Virus record (IMG/VR): IMGVR_UViG_3300006226_001703
Span: 22,583-86,582 of that record
DNA from: a virus
Lineage: Duplodnaviria > Caudoviricetes
Reading direction: 5' to 3' (one strand)
Length of the DNA stretch: 64,000 bases
This document shows, piece after piece, positions 26,982-37,027 of this stretch. Below the pieces are notes generated by a model. It was not told the DNA's origin and ran no database searches. It worked only from the letters and a program-made list of their open reading frames with translations. The position numbers were made by a program, and so were the translations under genes. Positions within the stretch are counted from its first letter, which is position 1, and the number at the start of each line of letters is the position of its first letter.

Positions 26982-28121
26982 ATGAAAGAGAAAGCAATTT
27001 TAAATCAAATATATGAAGAAGTGTATGACACTAAAATTCCAGAAAAAGAGAAATTTCTTGAAAATTACGATAGAAATGAAGACCAACTTTCAGAAATGCA
27101 ATGTGCAGGAGATGGTGGACCATCATCAATAACACAATGCGCACCAGAAGGCGGCACTCCAAAAAGATTAGATGAAGCTAATAGAGCTGAATACACTAAA
27201 GATTGGGATGAAGAAAGATTCAATGATGAAATGATGCCAGGTTTTACTGGTTTCTGCCCAGATTGTGGTGATGAAATGTATCATGGAAAATGTGATGCAT
27301 GTGAGTCAATGAATGGTGTTGAGTGTGATAGTTGTGGCGCGTGGATTCATGGTGATGGTGAAATCTGGGGACCAGGTGAAAATGGTGAAGGACCAGCCTA
27401 CTGTGAAGATTGTTGGAAACAACAAGAAGTTTGGAAAGACGCAGGTTTAGATGATGACTCATTAGATGAAATGGGTAACATCGTTGGTAAACCTGACCAC
27501 AAAAGAAGCCCATCAAAAACTGGTAGAAGGTCATTAACTGATTTAACTTTAGACGAAGTTGAAATGTATAATGATGATGAAACGGATTCATTGGATGATT
27601 TAGAAGATGATTATGTTGATGAAGACGATTGGGAAACTCAAGAAATGATGGGCTTTGATCCTGGTGATGAATATTTTGATGTTGATGATGACTGGGATGA
27701 AGAAGATGATGATGACTTATTAGAAGAGCACATTAAACAACGATTAGCCCATCGTAAAACTCAATTAAACAATAAACTAACTGAGGCCGTTAAAGACGGA
27801 ACCTTAGATGAAAAGAATGACTTATATGTTAGGTATCAGTTGCAAGATTGGGACATACCAAACCCAAAAGGTACCCCTGAAGAATATGCCAGTTACAATT
27901 ACCATAGAGAATATCAGAACAAACGAATTAAAGCAAGAGAAAAAAGACATAGACAAGAAAAAGAAGAAAGATTTAGCTCATTTGCCTCACCTCGACATAC
28001 GACAAGTTCTGGTAATCTATTAGATGGACAAAATGACGAATTCTTAGAGCAATGGATGTCAGACAAAAAACAAGCAATGACTTTGAATGAACGCATTGAT
28101 TCGTTTTTGAAGGGAATTTAA
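26982..28121 (+). CDS. Acidic Zn-finger-containing protein, probable internal head protein
   Basis: Four CxxC pairs, long D/E tracts, many LxE sites, QIYE near the N-terminus. Confidence 0.55.
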   Translation: MKEKAILNQIYEEVYDTKIPEKEKFLENYDRNEDQLSEMQCAGDGGPSSITQCAPEGGTPKRLDEANRAEYTKDWDEERFNDEMMPGFTGFCPDCGDEMYHGKCDACESMNGVECDSCGAWIHGDGEIWGPGENGEGPAYCEDCWKQQEVWKDAGLDDDSLDEMGNIVGKPDHKRSPSKTGRRSLTDLTLDEVEMYNDDETDSLDDLEDDYVDEDDWETQEMMGFDPGDEYFDVDDDWDEEDDDDLLEEHIKQRLAHRKTQLNNKLTEAVKDGTLDEKNDLYVRYQLQDWDIPNPKGTPEEYASYNYHREYQNKRIKAREKRHRQEKEERFSSFASPRHTTSSGNLLDGQNDEFLEQWMSDKKQAMTLNERIDSFLKGI

Positions 28122-28834
28122 TGCTCAAGATATTGTGGGAAAAGTTCATTAATTGGATTTTGGGTATTTCCAAAACTCCAGTAGAGGACCCTTATGTGCC
28201 AGAAGTAAAAGAAGAATTACCAGTTACAGAAAATGTTGAAAAACCAACTATGGAGGAAAAAGAAGTGAGTTTACAAATTACTGAGAATTTGTTAGTAAAA
28301 GGATCCACTAACAGACGTGGAGACGCAATGCGTGACTTACGCGGTATTGTGTTACATTGGGTTGGAGCAGTCAATCAGACATCCCTTCAGACCCGCAATT
28401 TTATTGCAAACAGAACCGACTTTGGAAGTTACAATTATCTAATCAATCATGATGGAGAGATTATGAGATTGATTCCAGAAAATGAAGTCGCTTGGCATGT
28501 TGGTACATCTCAACCAGACCCAGTGTCAAAGTTGATTTACACACCACGAGCTAGGGAGATTATTGGTGACCAAGTTGCTAATGCAAAAACAGCAAATTGG
28601 CATACTATTGGAATTGGTATGAACCATAAAACATGGAATGAGTTTACACCTGAAACTTTGAACTCATGTATTTCGCTTTGTGCAGATATATGTAGAAGAA
28701 CAGGTTTAGATCCTTCAAGAATAAGCAACCATTGGGAAATGGTGGGATGGAAAAGGTGCCCAGAATTTTGGGCTAAAGATCCAGCTCAGTTTGAGTTCTT
28801 CAAAGATCAAGTTAGAAAAGCAATAGGAGTATAA
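28121..28834 (+). CDS. N-acetylmuramoyl-L-alanine amidase (Amidase_2), probable endolysin
   Basis: IVLHW, YNYLI, AWHVG, NHW...KRCP give the H-H-C Zn ligands of T7-lysozyme-type amidases. Confidence 0.88.
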   Translation: MLKILWEKFINWILGISKTPVEDPYVPEVKEELPVTENVEKPTMEEKEVSLQITENLLVKGSTNRRGDAMRDLRGIVLHWVGAVNQTSLQTRNFIANRTDFGSYNYLINHDGEIMRLIPENEVAWHVGTSQPDPVSKLIYTPRAREIIGDQVANAKTANWHTIGIGMNHKTWNEFTPETLNSCISLCADICRRTGLDPSRISNHWEMVGWKRCPEFWAKDPAQFEFFKDQVRKAIGV

Positions 28835-28836
28835 AT

Positions 28837-28995
28837 ATGAGTGATGTATATGAAACAGCAACACAATGTGAATGTGAAGGCGAATGTGAAATCAAGTGCA
28901 CAAAAGGTTGCACACCTGAAAAACCAGAAGATGAAGTAAATGTCGACAACGACTTACAGAATGACCCTGCATTAGCTTACGGGGAAGATGCATAG
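28837..28995 (+). CDS. Small Cys/acidic peptide (52 aa, not in ORF track)
   Basis: MSDVYETATQCECEGECEIKCTKGCTPEKPEDE...; TATAAATA immediately upstream. Confidence 0.55.
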   Translation: MSDVYETATQCECEGECEIKCTKGCTPEKPEDEVNVDNDLQNDPALAYGEDA

Positions 28996-29002
28996 GAAAT
29001 AA

Positions 29003-30397
29003 ATGAAGACTTTTCAACAGATTTATGAAAATTCGTTAGTCCCAAATGGCCAGGGTGGAGCATTAAGACCGCAAGGATTAATGATCCACCATTCTGGAGG
29101 AAGAGGAACTGTTCAAGGTGTTATCAACGTTTTGAAACAGAGAGGATTAGCTTATCACTACATAATTGATAGAGAAGGAAAAGTCAACAGAATTGGAGAT
29201 ATAAACAGACAAGCATGGCATGCGGGTGTAGTTGAAAAGCTACCCCGCTTTAATAACCAAACTACTATTGGTATTTCATTAATTGCAAATGATGAAAATG
29301 ATGTTTTACCAGAACAGAGACAAGCTTGTCAACAATTAGCTCAGCAGTTGGGGCAGCAATATGGTTTTGACCCAACTAAAACTACAGTTGGACATGGAGA
29401 AGCAACTTCCAGAAAACAACCAACTGAAGGTGCAACAGCTAAAATGATTAGAGGTGAAGCAACACCTGAAATGCTAAATGCGCAATCAGCTCAAGGACAA
29501 CAAAGTGGAAGAAGTGGTGGAGGTAACATAATTACTAGAGCCATAGACAGAGTAAAAGGTGCATTCAAAAAGAAAAACATACCAGACTTAGTCAAAGATG
29601 TTATTGCTGGCAAATATGGTAATGGAAATCAAAGAAAACAAAAGCTAGACTCAGAATTTGGGCCTGGCACTTATCAAGAGGTACAAGCAGCTGTGAATAA
29701 GGAATTACAAGAGAACTTAAATAGTTTTATAGAGTATTCTAATAACTATAAACAAGTAACAGAACAAATGAGAGAAGAGCAACAAAATGCTCGTTTCGTT
29801 AAACATATTAGAGAAGGTAAATGGACCCCAACTGAAAAATTTACAGAAGCTTATGTTGAGTTAATTCCCCATATTAGTAAAGATGAATGGCCACTATTAA
29901 GAGAAACTCTAATGTTGCTTGCTTATCAAGAATCAAGAATCTTTAACCCATCATTTGCCTTAAGAGAAAATAAGTCAAACTTATTAGAAGACTATTTCTT
30001 AACAGCTGCATTTTCTAATCCATTAATTGAAAAGTTCTCATTAGATGAACGATTTGATGACACTAGAGAAAAACTTAATGAATTTCTTGGTGGATTAGTT
30101 GGTGGACTTGCCAAAAAAGCAGGTGGTGCTCTTTTGGGCAAAGTTGCTGGAGGCGGAGGAGGTGGTGGTCTTCTCGGTGGACTTAAATCAAAAATCGGCG
30201 GTCTCCTTGGAGGAGGAGGCGGACAAGGCGGGGGAGGTCTTGGCGGAATTATTAAGAATATGCTTGCAGGCGGGAAAATTGACAAAGGTCAAATTACTAA
30301 TATTGCCAAAGGTGTCTCAAAACAATTAGGAGACGGTATTAAACAGAATGTATTGCAAACGTTAGTTCAATCATTCGCAGGTGGTGGAGCAGCATAA
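29003..30397 (+). CDS. Putative head-packaged protein P1: amidase-like + Cpl-7 repeat + shared domain + Gly zipper
   Basis: MKTFQQIYE N-terminus; IHHS/YHYII/AWHAG; VIAGKYGNG..RK repeat; GKWTP...WPLLRET...RIFNPSF domain; poly-Gly tail. Confidence 0.7.
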   Translation: MKTFQQIYENSLVPNGQGGALRPQGLMIHHSGGRGTVQGVINVLKQRGLAYHYIIDREGKVNRIGDINRQAWHAGVVEKLPRFNNQTTIGISLIANDENDVLPEQRQACQQLAQQLGQQYGFDPTKTTVGHGEATSRKQPTEGATAKMIRGEATPEMLNAQSAQGQQSGRSGGGNIITRAIDRVKGAFKKKNIPDLVKDVIAGKYGNGNQRKQKLDSEFGPGTYQEVQAAVNKELQENLNSFIEYSNNYKQVTEQMREEQQNARFVKHIREGKWTPTEKFTEAYVELIPHISKDEWPLLRETLMLLAYQESRIFNPSFALRENKSNLLEDYFLTAAFSNPLIEKFSLDERFDDTREKLNEFLGGLVGGLAKKAGGALLGKVAGGGGGGGLLGGLKSKIGGLLGGGGGQGGGGLGGIIKNMLAGGKIDKGQITNIAKGVSKQLGDGIKQNVLQTLVQSFAGGGAA

Positions 30398-31326
30398 TGG
30401 AATTGGATTCCTTCATTGAATATGCAGATAATTACTCATCAATAAAAGAGCGAAATAAAAGATTTCGTTTTTTTGAATCAGTTCAAAAAGGTGAATGGAT
30501 TCCAGAAGAAAAAATATCAGAAGCATACATACCATTGGCTAAATATATGCTTCCAGATGAGTGGCCAATTTTAAGAGAAACTATCATTGAGTTGGAAAAA
30601 ATGGAGGAAAGAATCTTCAATCCAACTTTTAATGTATTAAAAGAGAATAAAATAATTGAAAGTTACTATTTAACTTCAATTTTTAAGAATAGACATATAA
30701 GAGAAAGTGCAGATGATCGTTATAGTGAAAGATCATTTGAACTTGACCAAATGAGAGAAGAACAGTTAGAAGAATTCCTCAAAAAAGCATTTAACAAAGT
30801 TAAGGGTGCAATTGGCGGATTAGCTGGTGCAGCAGGTAGTATGGGCGGAGCCAAAATTGGCGGTATGTTAGGCGGCGCCATTGGCAGTATCATACCTGGA
30901 GCAGGAACTGCTATTGGTGCCGGATTAGGTTCAGCATTAGGCGGTGCCATCGGTGGTAAAATTGGAAATAAAGCCGGTAGTGCTATTGGTGGAGATAAGA
31001 AAACTTCTGGCATATTTGGTAAGATTGGAAATGTAGCAAGTATGGCAGTGGGTGGAGGCGGAGCCGCTGGTGGTGGAATTGGAAAGGCTTTAGGATCCGT
31101 TTTTGGCGGAGGACAAAGTGGTGGAATGGTTGGAACATTCATGGGCGTAGCTGATAAGCTTGCTCAAGGAAATATTCAACCAAATCAAATTTTACAGCAG
31201 TTTGGCGGCAACGCTGGAAATGCTATAACTCAACTTGGTAGTCAATTAGGTGTTAACTTAAATGATATGGTTCAGAATGCAATAAATCAAGGAGTTACAC
31301 AAGCAATGCATGGATCGGCGGCATAA
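30397..31326 (+). CDS. Putative head-packaged protein P2: shared domain + glycine zipper
   Basis: GEWIP...WPILRET...RIFNPTF; GGMLGGAIGSIIPGAGTAIGAGLGSALGGAIGG. Confidence 0.7.
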   Translation: MELDSFIEYADNYSSIKERNKRFRFFESVQKGEWIPEEKISEAYIPLAKYMLPDEWPILRETIIELEKMEERIFNPTFNVLKENKIIESYYLTSIFKNRHIRESADDRYSERSFELDQMREEQLEEFLKKAFNKVKGAIGGLAGAAGSMGGAKIGGMLGGAIGSIIPGAGTAIGAGLGSALGGAIGGKIGNKAGSAIGGDKKTSGIFGKIGNVASMAVGGGGAAGGGIGKALGSVFGGGQSGGMVGTFMGVADKLAQGNIQPNQILQQFGGNAGNAITQLGSQLGVNLNDMVQNAINQGVTQAMHGSAA

Positions 31327-31541
31327 TGGCAGACTTAAAAGCAGCATGTGCTGCAGTAGTAGAATATTTTGATGAAATGTTAAATAAAACTTATTCAGGT
31401 CCTGCAACAGCAATGTTACAGGCTGAATTAAATAATCCGCAAACTAGTGAAATGACTAAGAATGCGATAGATATAGTAGAAGACACTTTAAAAGACGAAA
31501 TGGTAGATGACGTTGTAGGTGTACCAGAGGAGCAACAATAA
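31326..31541 (+). CDS. Small hypothetical protein within the array
   Basis: 71 aa, coupled to neighbours by TAATG overlaps. Confidence 0.55.
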   Translation: MADLKAACAAVVEYFDEMLNKTYSGPATAMLQAELNNPQTSEMTKNAIDIVEDTLKDEMVDDVVGVPEEQQ

Positions 31542-33289
31542 TGAATGATTTTGAAAAAATATTTAATGAAAGTAACAAAGAGTTTGTAAAAACTTATTCA
31601 CAAATATATGAACACATAAGAGAAGAGCAAGAAGCTTTAAGTGAAAATCAAATAATTATTGAAGCTGCAGCTGGTGGCTATTGGATTCCTGAGTTTAAAT
31701 TATCAGAATTCTATAAAGAAACAATGCACACTTTTCATGATAATGATTGGTCTATTTTAAGAGAAGCTATCCCAGAAATGGAAAGATTAGAACAAAAAAT
31801 ATTCCATAAATCATTTGAACATAAGAGTGATAATTATAAAAATAAATTATTAGAAAGTTATGCTAGAACTTCTTTATTTACTAACACACAACAATTAAGA
31901 GAAAGTAATAGCACATATAAAAATAGATTAGATAATAATAGAAAACGCTTAATTGAAAACACATCTTTTATTGTATTAAGAGAAGATGAAAGATTCAAAG
32001 ATCGTTTAGCTCAATTTTTAATAGACCATATTGAAGCAGGTAATCTTGATGTTGATACTGCTAAAACAGTACAGTCACTATATATGACAAATCCACAACA
32101 AGCTGCTGCACAATATAGTAATATTATAACAGCATTTAAAAATGGTTTAGCTCCAACTGAACAAGCAACTTTTGAAGCAACACTAGGCGGCCCCGCAAGA
32201 GATCAACATGAGGGTGGTTTAAGAAGATTTGGTGGTGGATTAGCAAAATTAGCAAGCGGTGTTTTAGGTGCTGTAATGATGATTCCACAAGCATTAAAAT
32301 TTACAGCAATTTTTACTCCAATTTGTGTTTTCGCTGGGCCGGCAGCTCCTGTAGTTGCATTTATTTTAGCTATTATTACTGTAATGTTATTAAATGCAGT
32401 TGCAAAATATGCAGCAGAAAAATTAACGGCATGGCTTGTACCAAAAATTATGGCTGCATGTAAAAAAGCCCCATTTAAGTTTATTAGAAATATTGCAAAT
32501 AATGCCCCTAATGCATTAGAAAGATTTTTAACTATAGTTATTTCAGCTTTAGTAACAATAGTTGTAATGATAGCAGGGGGGAAAATGGTAGCAGGTGGGG
32601 CTGGTAGATTAGCAGCTGGAATAGATGCAGCTAAAAGTTCAGGTGGTGGAATTGTTAATCAAGGAAGATCATTTACACAGGGATTATTTAGTAGAGATGC
32701 TGGAAGAACTGGAAGAGATATCTTTAAAACAGCAATGAAACCTGGTGAAGTTTCTATTAATCCAAATACAGGAAATCCGCTATCACTTACAGATCTTCCA
32801 GGTGTAAGTAGGTTAACCAATATTCCAGGAGCAAATAATGTAATTGGTGGATTAAATCAAATGGCAACAGCAGGCGGACGTTCATTGGCTGCCGGCATGG
32901 GTGCAGCAAATGGAATGAGTAATCTTGCAACCCAAGATATGAATTATCGTCCAAATGATAATCCAATGATGAATAGATATTATAGTCAATTACAAAACTC
33001 TTCATTATATGATTTCAGTGATATTTATATGAGATCAAAATTAAATGAAGGAGAAAAATTAGATGAAGGTCTAATTCAAAAAATTAAACAAATAGTTGAA
33101 GCTTTAAAAGCTAAAATTGGAGAAATAAAACAAGCTTGGCAACAATTACTAGCAGCAGCTAAGGGTGAATCACCTGAAGCAGCAGCTGAAGTAGAGAACT
33201 CTGGTGCTGATGAACAAAGCTCATCTGAAACAAATGAATCAGCAACATCAGAACAATCAGAGGAAAATGAAACTGAGGAACTAACATGA
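31541..33289 (+). CDS. Putative head-packaged protein P3: shared domain + TM helices
   Basis: MNDFEKIFNE..KTYSQIYE; GYWIP...WSILRE...KIF; hydrophobic AAPVVAFILAIITVMLL and FLTIVISALVTIVVMIAGG. Confidence 0.7.
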   Translation: MNDFEKIFNESNKEFVKTYSQIYEHIREEQEALSENQIIIEAAAGGYWIPEFKLSEFYKETMHTFHDNDWSILREAIPEMERLEQKIFHKSFEHKSDNYKNKLLESYARTSLFTNTQQLRESNSTYKNRLDNNRKRLIENTSFIVLREDERFKDRLAQFLIDHIEAGNLDVDTAKTVQSLYMTNPQQAAAQYSNIITAFKNGLAPTEQATFEATLGGPARDQHEGGLRRFGGGLAKLASGVLGAVMMIPQALKFTAIFTPICVFAGPAAPVVAFILAIITVMLLNAVAKYAAEKLTAWLVPKIMAACKKAPFKFIRNIANNAPNALERFLTIVISALVTIVVMIAGGKMVAGGAGRLAAGIDAAKSSGGGIVNQGRSFTQGLFSRDAGRTGRDIFKTAMKPGEVSINPNTGNPLSLTDLPGVSRLTNIPGANNVIGGLNQMATAGGRSLAAGMGAANGMSNLATQDMNYRPNDNPMMNRYYSQLQNSSLYDFSDIYMRSKLNEGEKLDEGLIQKIKQIVEALKAKIGEIKQAWQQLLAAAKGESPEAAAEVENSGADEQSSSETNESATSEQSEENETEELT

Positions 33290-34968
33290 AATTAGAAGAA
33301 AAAGTAAATGACATAATATCATTTGTAAACAATTATGTGCCTCTTAAAGAGAGAGAATTACAAGAAAGAAGTGACAGACTTTTTAACAGAAAATTAAGAG
33401 AAGGAAGATGGATTCCAAAAGAAAAATTATCCGTTATTTTTAAGTCAAGAATGCCAAAAACAGATGATAACTTTTTCAATTTAGTTTTAGAAGAAAGCTT
33501 AGATACTTTAATTAGATTAGAAGAAAAGATATTTAGTCCTGCTTTTTATAAAAATAAAAATAAAATACAACTATTAGAAACTTATTATAAAACGGCTATT
33601 TTAGAAAATGAAGATATAATTTTCCCATTAGCAGCATTAAGAGAAGCTGATCAACAGCAACAACCAATGGGAAGACATCAACAAAGAGGCATGCAAAGAG
33701 ATATGCGTGCACAACAACGACAACAGAACCGTCAAAATGCTTGGAATAAAGTTAAAAACTTTGGTAAGGGAATTATTGGTGGAATAAAAGGAGCTGTTCA
33801 AGGAGCTAGACAAGGTTTTCAACAACAACAGCAACCTCAGAATGACGGAAATCAACAACAAGATGACCAACAGAATCAAGACCAACAACAGCAGGACCAA
33901 AGTCAAGATCAAAATCAAGACCAACAGCAAGATCAGCAACAACCTCAAATGAGTAGAGAAGAAGCAATTCAAGCCGTTATTGATGGTAAGTTTGGAAATG
34001 GAGCTGCTAGACAGCAAGCATTACAAGATGCTGGCTTTGACCCAAAAGATATTCAACAAGGTGTTAACCAACAATTACAGGGACAGAATAACAATCAACA
34101 GCAACAACAAACTCAACAGCAACCACAAGAACAGAATAATAATCAACAAGCGCCTGAACAAAATAATCAGCAGCAACAAAATCAAGATAGTGGAAATAAT
34201 CAACAATCTAATAATGACCAACAGCAACAAGATCAGGGAAATAACAACCAACAACAATCAAATGATGATGGCGGAGATAATCAACAACAATCTGATGGTA
34301 ATAATGAACAACAGTCAAATGACCAACAACAACAAGATTCAGGCGGGAATGACCAGCAGCAACAAGATGACCAGTCAGGTGGTGACCAACAACAAGATAA
34401 TGGTGGACAACAAAACCAGGGAAATGACCAACAATCTCAAGATGGCGAAGAATTACAAGGAGAAGAACCGCAAGATACAACAGGTCAAAATAATGATGAA
34501 GATTTGAATGCTATTACTCCAGAAGGTTCACCCCCAGCTCCACAAAATGAACAAGCACCACCACCCCAACAACAGGGTAATGTAGTTGCAACATTAAAAG
34601 ATTCTGGAAGAGAAGTAACCGATAGAACACCTGTTGGTATGGCAATGCAAGCAGGTAAGAGTGGTATTTATCCTCCAGGCGGAAATAATATGATTGTTTT
34701 AGATGATGATTCATATGATGGTTTTTATACAGCAGCCAGATATAATATAAGTGAATTTAAAGATTATCAAATGGTAGATAAAAATCAAAATCCAATACAA
34801 AATAGTAATAATTATTTTGTAAGAGCTCCTCATATAATTGATGAACAAATAAATAAATATCGTTTTACAGCAATGAATGGTGGAGCAGGTAATAGAAAAA
34901 TTATAGTTGATATAGATACTGGTGGTGGAAATAATAGTTCTTCTAATAATAATAGAAATAGAAGATAA
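33286..34968 (+). CDS. Putative head-packaged protein P4: shared domain + Gln/Asn-rich region + Cpl-7 repeat
   Basis: GRWIP...EEKIFSPAF...LLETYYKT; AVIDGKFGNGAARQQAL; ~250-aa Q/N/D tract. Confidence 0.7.
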   Translation: MKLEEKVNDIISFVNNYVPLKERELQERSDRLFNRKLREGRWIPKEKLSVIFKSRMPKTDDNFFNLVLEESLDTLIRLEEKIFSPAFYKNKNKIQLLETYYKTAILENEDIIFPLAALREADQQQQPMGRHQQRGMQRDMRAQQRQQNRQNAWNKVKNFGKGIIGGIKGAVQGARQGFQQQQQPQNDGNQQQDDQQNQDQQQQDQSQDQNQDQQQDQQQPQMSREEAIQAVIDGKFGNGAARQQALQDAGFDPKDIQQGVNQQLQGQNNNQQQQQTQQQPQEQNNNQQAPEQNNQQQQNQDSGNNQQSNNDQQQQDQGNNNQQQSNDDGGDNQQQSDGNNEQQSNDQQQQDSGGNDQQQQDDQSGGDQQQDNGGQQNQGNDQQSQDGEELQGEEPQDTTGQNNDEDLNAITPEGSPPAPQNEQAPPPQQQGNVVATLKDSGREVTDRTPVGMAMQAGKSGIYPPGGNNMIVLDDDSYDGFYTAARYNISEFKDYQMVDKNQNPIQNSNNYFVRAPHIIDEQINKYRFTAMNGGAGNRKIIVDIDTGGGNNSSSNNNRNRR

Positions 34969-34976
34969 ACTAAATA
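34969..34976 (+). promoter_or_regulatory. Class III late-type motif ACTAAATA
   Basis: Between P4 and P5, followed by SD gagg. Confidence 0.5.
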
Positions 34977-34993
34977 TAAAGAGGAAATAATAG

Positions 34994-37015
34994 ATGAATT
35001 TTGAAAAATTGTACCGACAATCTAATCCAAAAGATGCTAAATTAGCGGCTATAAGAGAAGCTAATAATGAAGTTAAGGAAAGATTACAAGAATATGAAAA
35101 TAAAAATTTCTTAAAAGAATTAAGAAATGGTAGATGGTTTCCTCACTGTAGATTTTCAGAAGCTTATCTTGGTTTAATTCCTTTTACTAATAAAAAAGAC
35201 TGGCCAACTTTAAGAGAAACTATAATTAGATTAGAAAAAATAGAAGAAAAGATATTTAATCCAACTTTTAAAAGAAAAAATTTTAGAAGTAAAATTATCT
35301 TATTAGAACAATATTATAAAACTGGCACATTTGAAAGAATGAATACTATTAGAGAATCATTTAATAATGATAATTTAATAAAGAGAAGATTACAATTAAA
35401 TGAACAAGCTAAAATTATTAAAGAAAACTTTGAAGAATTAAATGAAGCCTTTTTCTTACCAGCATTAGGTTTAGGAGCCGGCGCACTTTGGGCTGGAAAT
35501 AAAATCAGAAATTGGTGGCAAAATAGAAGAAATAGAAATCAACCTCAGAACCAACAATCTCCAGCTGATGCAGCATTTAATCCACAAGGAAATGCAACAC
35601 CTCAAGAAGAGGCAGCAGCAGCAGCGGGAGCACCACCTGATCAAGCACAAGCAGCAGCAGTAGCAGCACAAACATCAACTGGTAATCAAGTTGAAAATAC
35701 AATGGCAGCTCAAGCAGCAGCACAACCTGGTGACTATATGATTAGATCAGATGGTACTAGAGTTGTTCTAAATCAGGGCGATATAACTTGGGCACAACAG
35801 AGAATCCAACAAGGTGCAAGTAGTGGTGGAGGAAGCTCTGGTGGTTCATCACAACAAGTACAACAACAGATAACTAGACTAGAAGCAAGAGCTGAAGAAG
35901 CAAGGGAAAGTGATAGCCCACGAGCTGAAGCAGAAGTTGAGAAGATAGAAAACGAAATTGAAGAGTTACAGGATGAAGCTGAAGAAGGTGGTGAAGCAAG
36001 CCCAGGAGAAGCAGCAGCAATAAGTGAAATGCCACCTGAACAAGTAGCAGCTGAAGATCCACAAGCACCAGAACCACAAGTAGCACCTCCAGCCGGAGCT
36101 GAACAACAAGGTCATGCTTATCAGATTCCAGCAGGCCCTTATGCTGGAACAACAGTTTACATTCCATATCGACAACCATTAAGCAACACAGGTACACCAG
36201 CATTTAAAGATGCAACTATGCAAGAACAAATTGGACACATAATGAAAACTGGTAACCAAATTACATTCTCGCCAACTCAAGGCGCAATGGCAGATCTTCA
36301 TGGACAGCAAGCGATGTCTCAAGCAACTCAACAAGCTGAAGCTCAAAGAGATCAAGCAATGTTAGATGCTTTCAAACAATCACCAAATTACACACAACTT
36401 GTTAGAATGTTTGGTGATGAACAAGCTGCATTACAACAATGGTTACAAACTCCGGAAGGACAGCAAGTTGCACAACAGGCAGAAGCTCAAGCTGAACAAT
36501 CAGTAGCAGCGGCACAACAAACGGTTCAAAGAGATACAAACAACTTTAATGCAGCTCAAGCAATTACAACTCAACAAGTTAACATTGGTGGTGTAAATGT
36601 TCCTGTAACTCCAATTCCAGGAGCAAGTGGTCAACAGGGAACTTTTGGTCAAGACTCTGGTGTAATTGGTCAAACACCTTCAGGAATCCCATTCTTTATG
36701 GTTCCAGAGCAACATAATATTCCACCTGAGCCAGCAGGCATTCAGGACTTACAAAGAGCAAAACAGAATGGTATGGTAAATGATGAAATGTTAAGAAGAT
36801 GGACTGCACAAGGTTCACAAGCTGTTCAATCAATAATTATTAAGACAATACAAAATGGACAGAATTTTAGACAAGAACAAATGACTGACCCACAAATTAG
36901 AAACTTTATAAATCAATTACACCCACAAGCTAGAATAACATCTGACAGACAATTAAGAAATTGGACAGGTTTAACTGACCAAGAATTTGCATCAAAATTA
37001 GGTAGTAGATATTAA
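34994..37015 (+). CDS. Putative head-packaged protein P5: shared domain + Ala/Gln/Pro-rich payload
   Basis: MNFEKLY; GRWFP...DWPTLRET...KIFNPTF...LLEQYYKT; LNE-AFFLPALG junction. Confidence 0.7.
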   Translation: MNFEKLYRQSNPKDAKLAAIREANNEVKERLQEYENKNFLKELRNGRWFPHCRFSEAYLGLIPFTNKKDWPTLRETIIRLEKIEEKIFNPTFKRKNFRSKIILLEQYYKTGTFERMNTIRESFNNDNLIKRRLQLNEQAKIIKENFEELNEAFFLPALGLGAGALWAGNKIRNWWQNRRNRNQPQNQQSPADAAFNPQGNATPQEEAAAAAGAPPDQAQAAAVAAQTSTGNQVENTMAAQAAAQPGDYMIRSDGTRVVLNQGDITWAQQRIQQGASSGGGSSGGSSQQVQQQITRLEARAEEARESDSPRAEAEVEKIENEIEELQDEAEEGGEASPGEAAAISEMPPEQVAAEDPQAPEPQVAPPAGAEQQGHAYQIPAGPYAGTTVYIPYRQPLSNTGTPAFKDATMQEQIGHIMKTGNQITFSPTQGAMADLHGQQAMSQATQQAEAQRDQAMLDAFKQSPNYTQLVRMFGDEQAALQQWLQTPEGQQVAQQAEAQAEQSVAAAQQTVQRDTNNFNAAQAITTQQVNIGGVNVPVTPIPGASGQQGTFGQDSGVIGQTPSGIPFFMVPEQHNIPPEPAGIQDLQRAKQNGMVNDEMLRRWTAQGSQAVQSIIIKTIQNGQNFRQEQMTDPQIRNFINQLHPQARITSDRQLRNWTGLTDQEFASKLGSRY

Positions 37016-37027
37016 GAGGAGAAATAA

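Noticed and set aside
33640-34520. Q/N-rich periodic sequence as a CRISPR array or satellite
   Set aside because: It is degenerate codon-level repetition (caa/cag/aat) inside an ORF, with no constant repeat-spacer structure.
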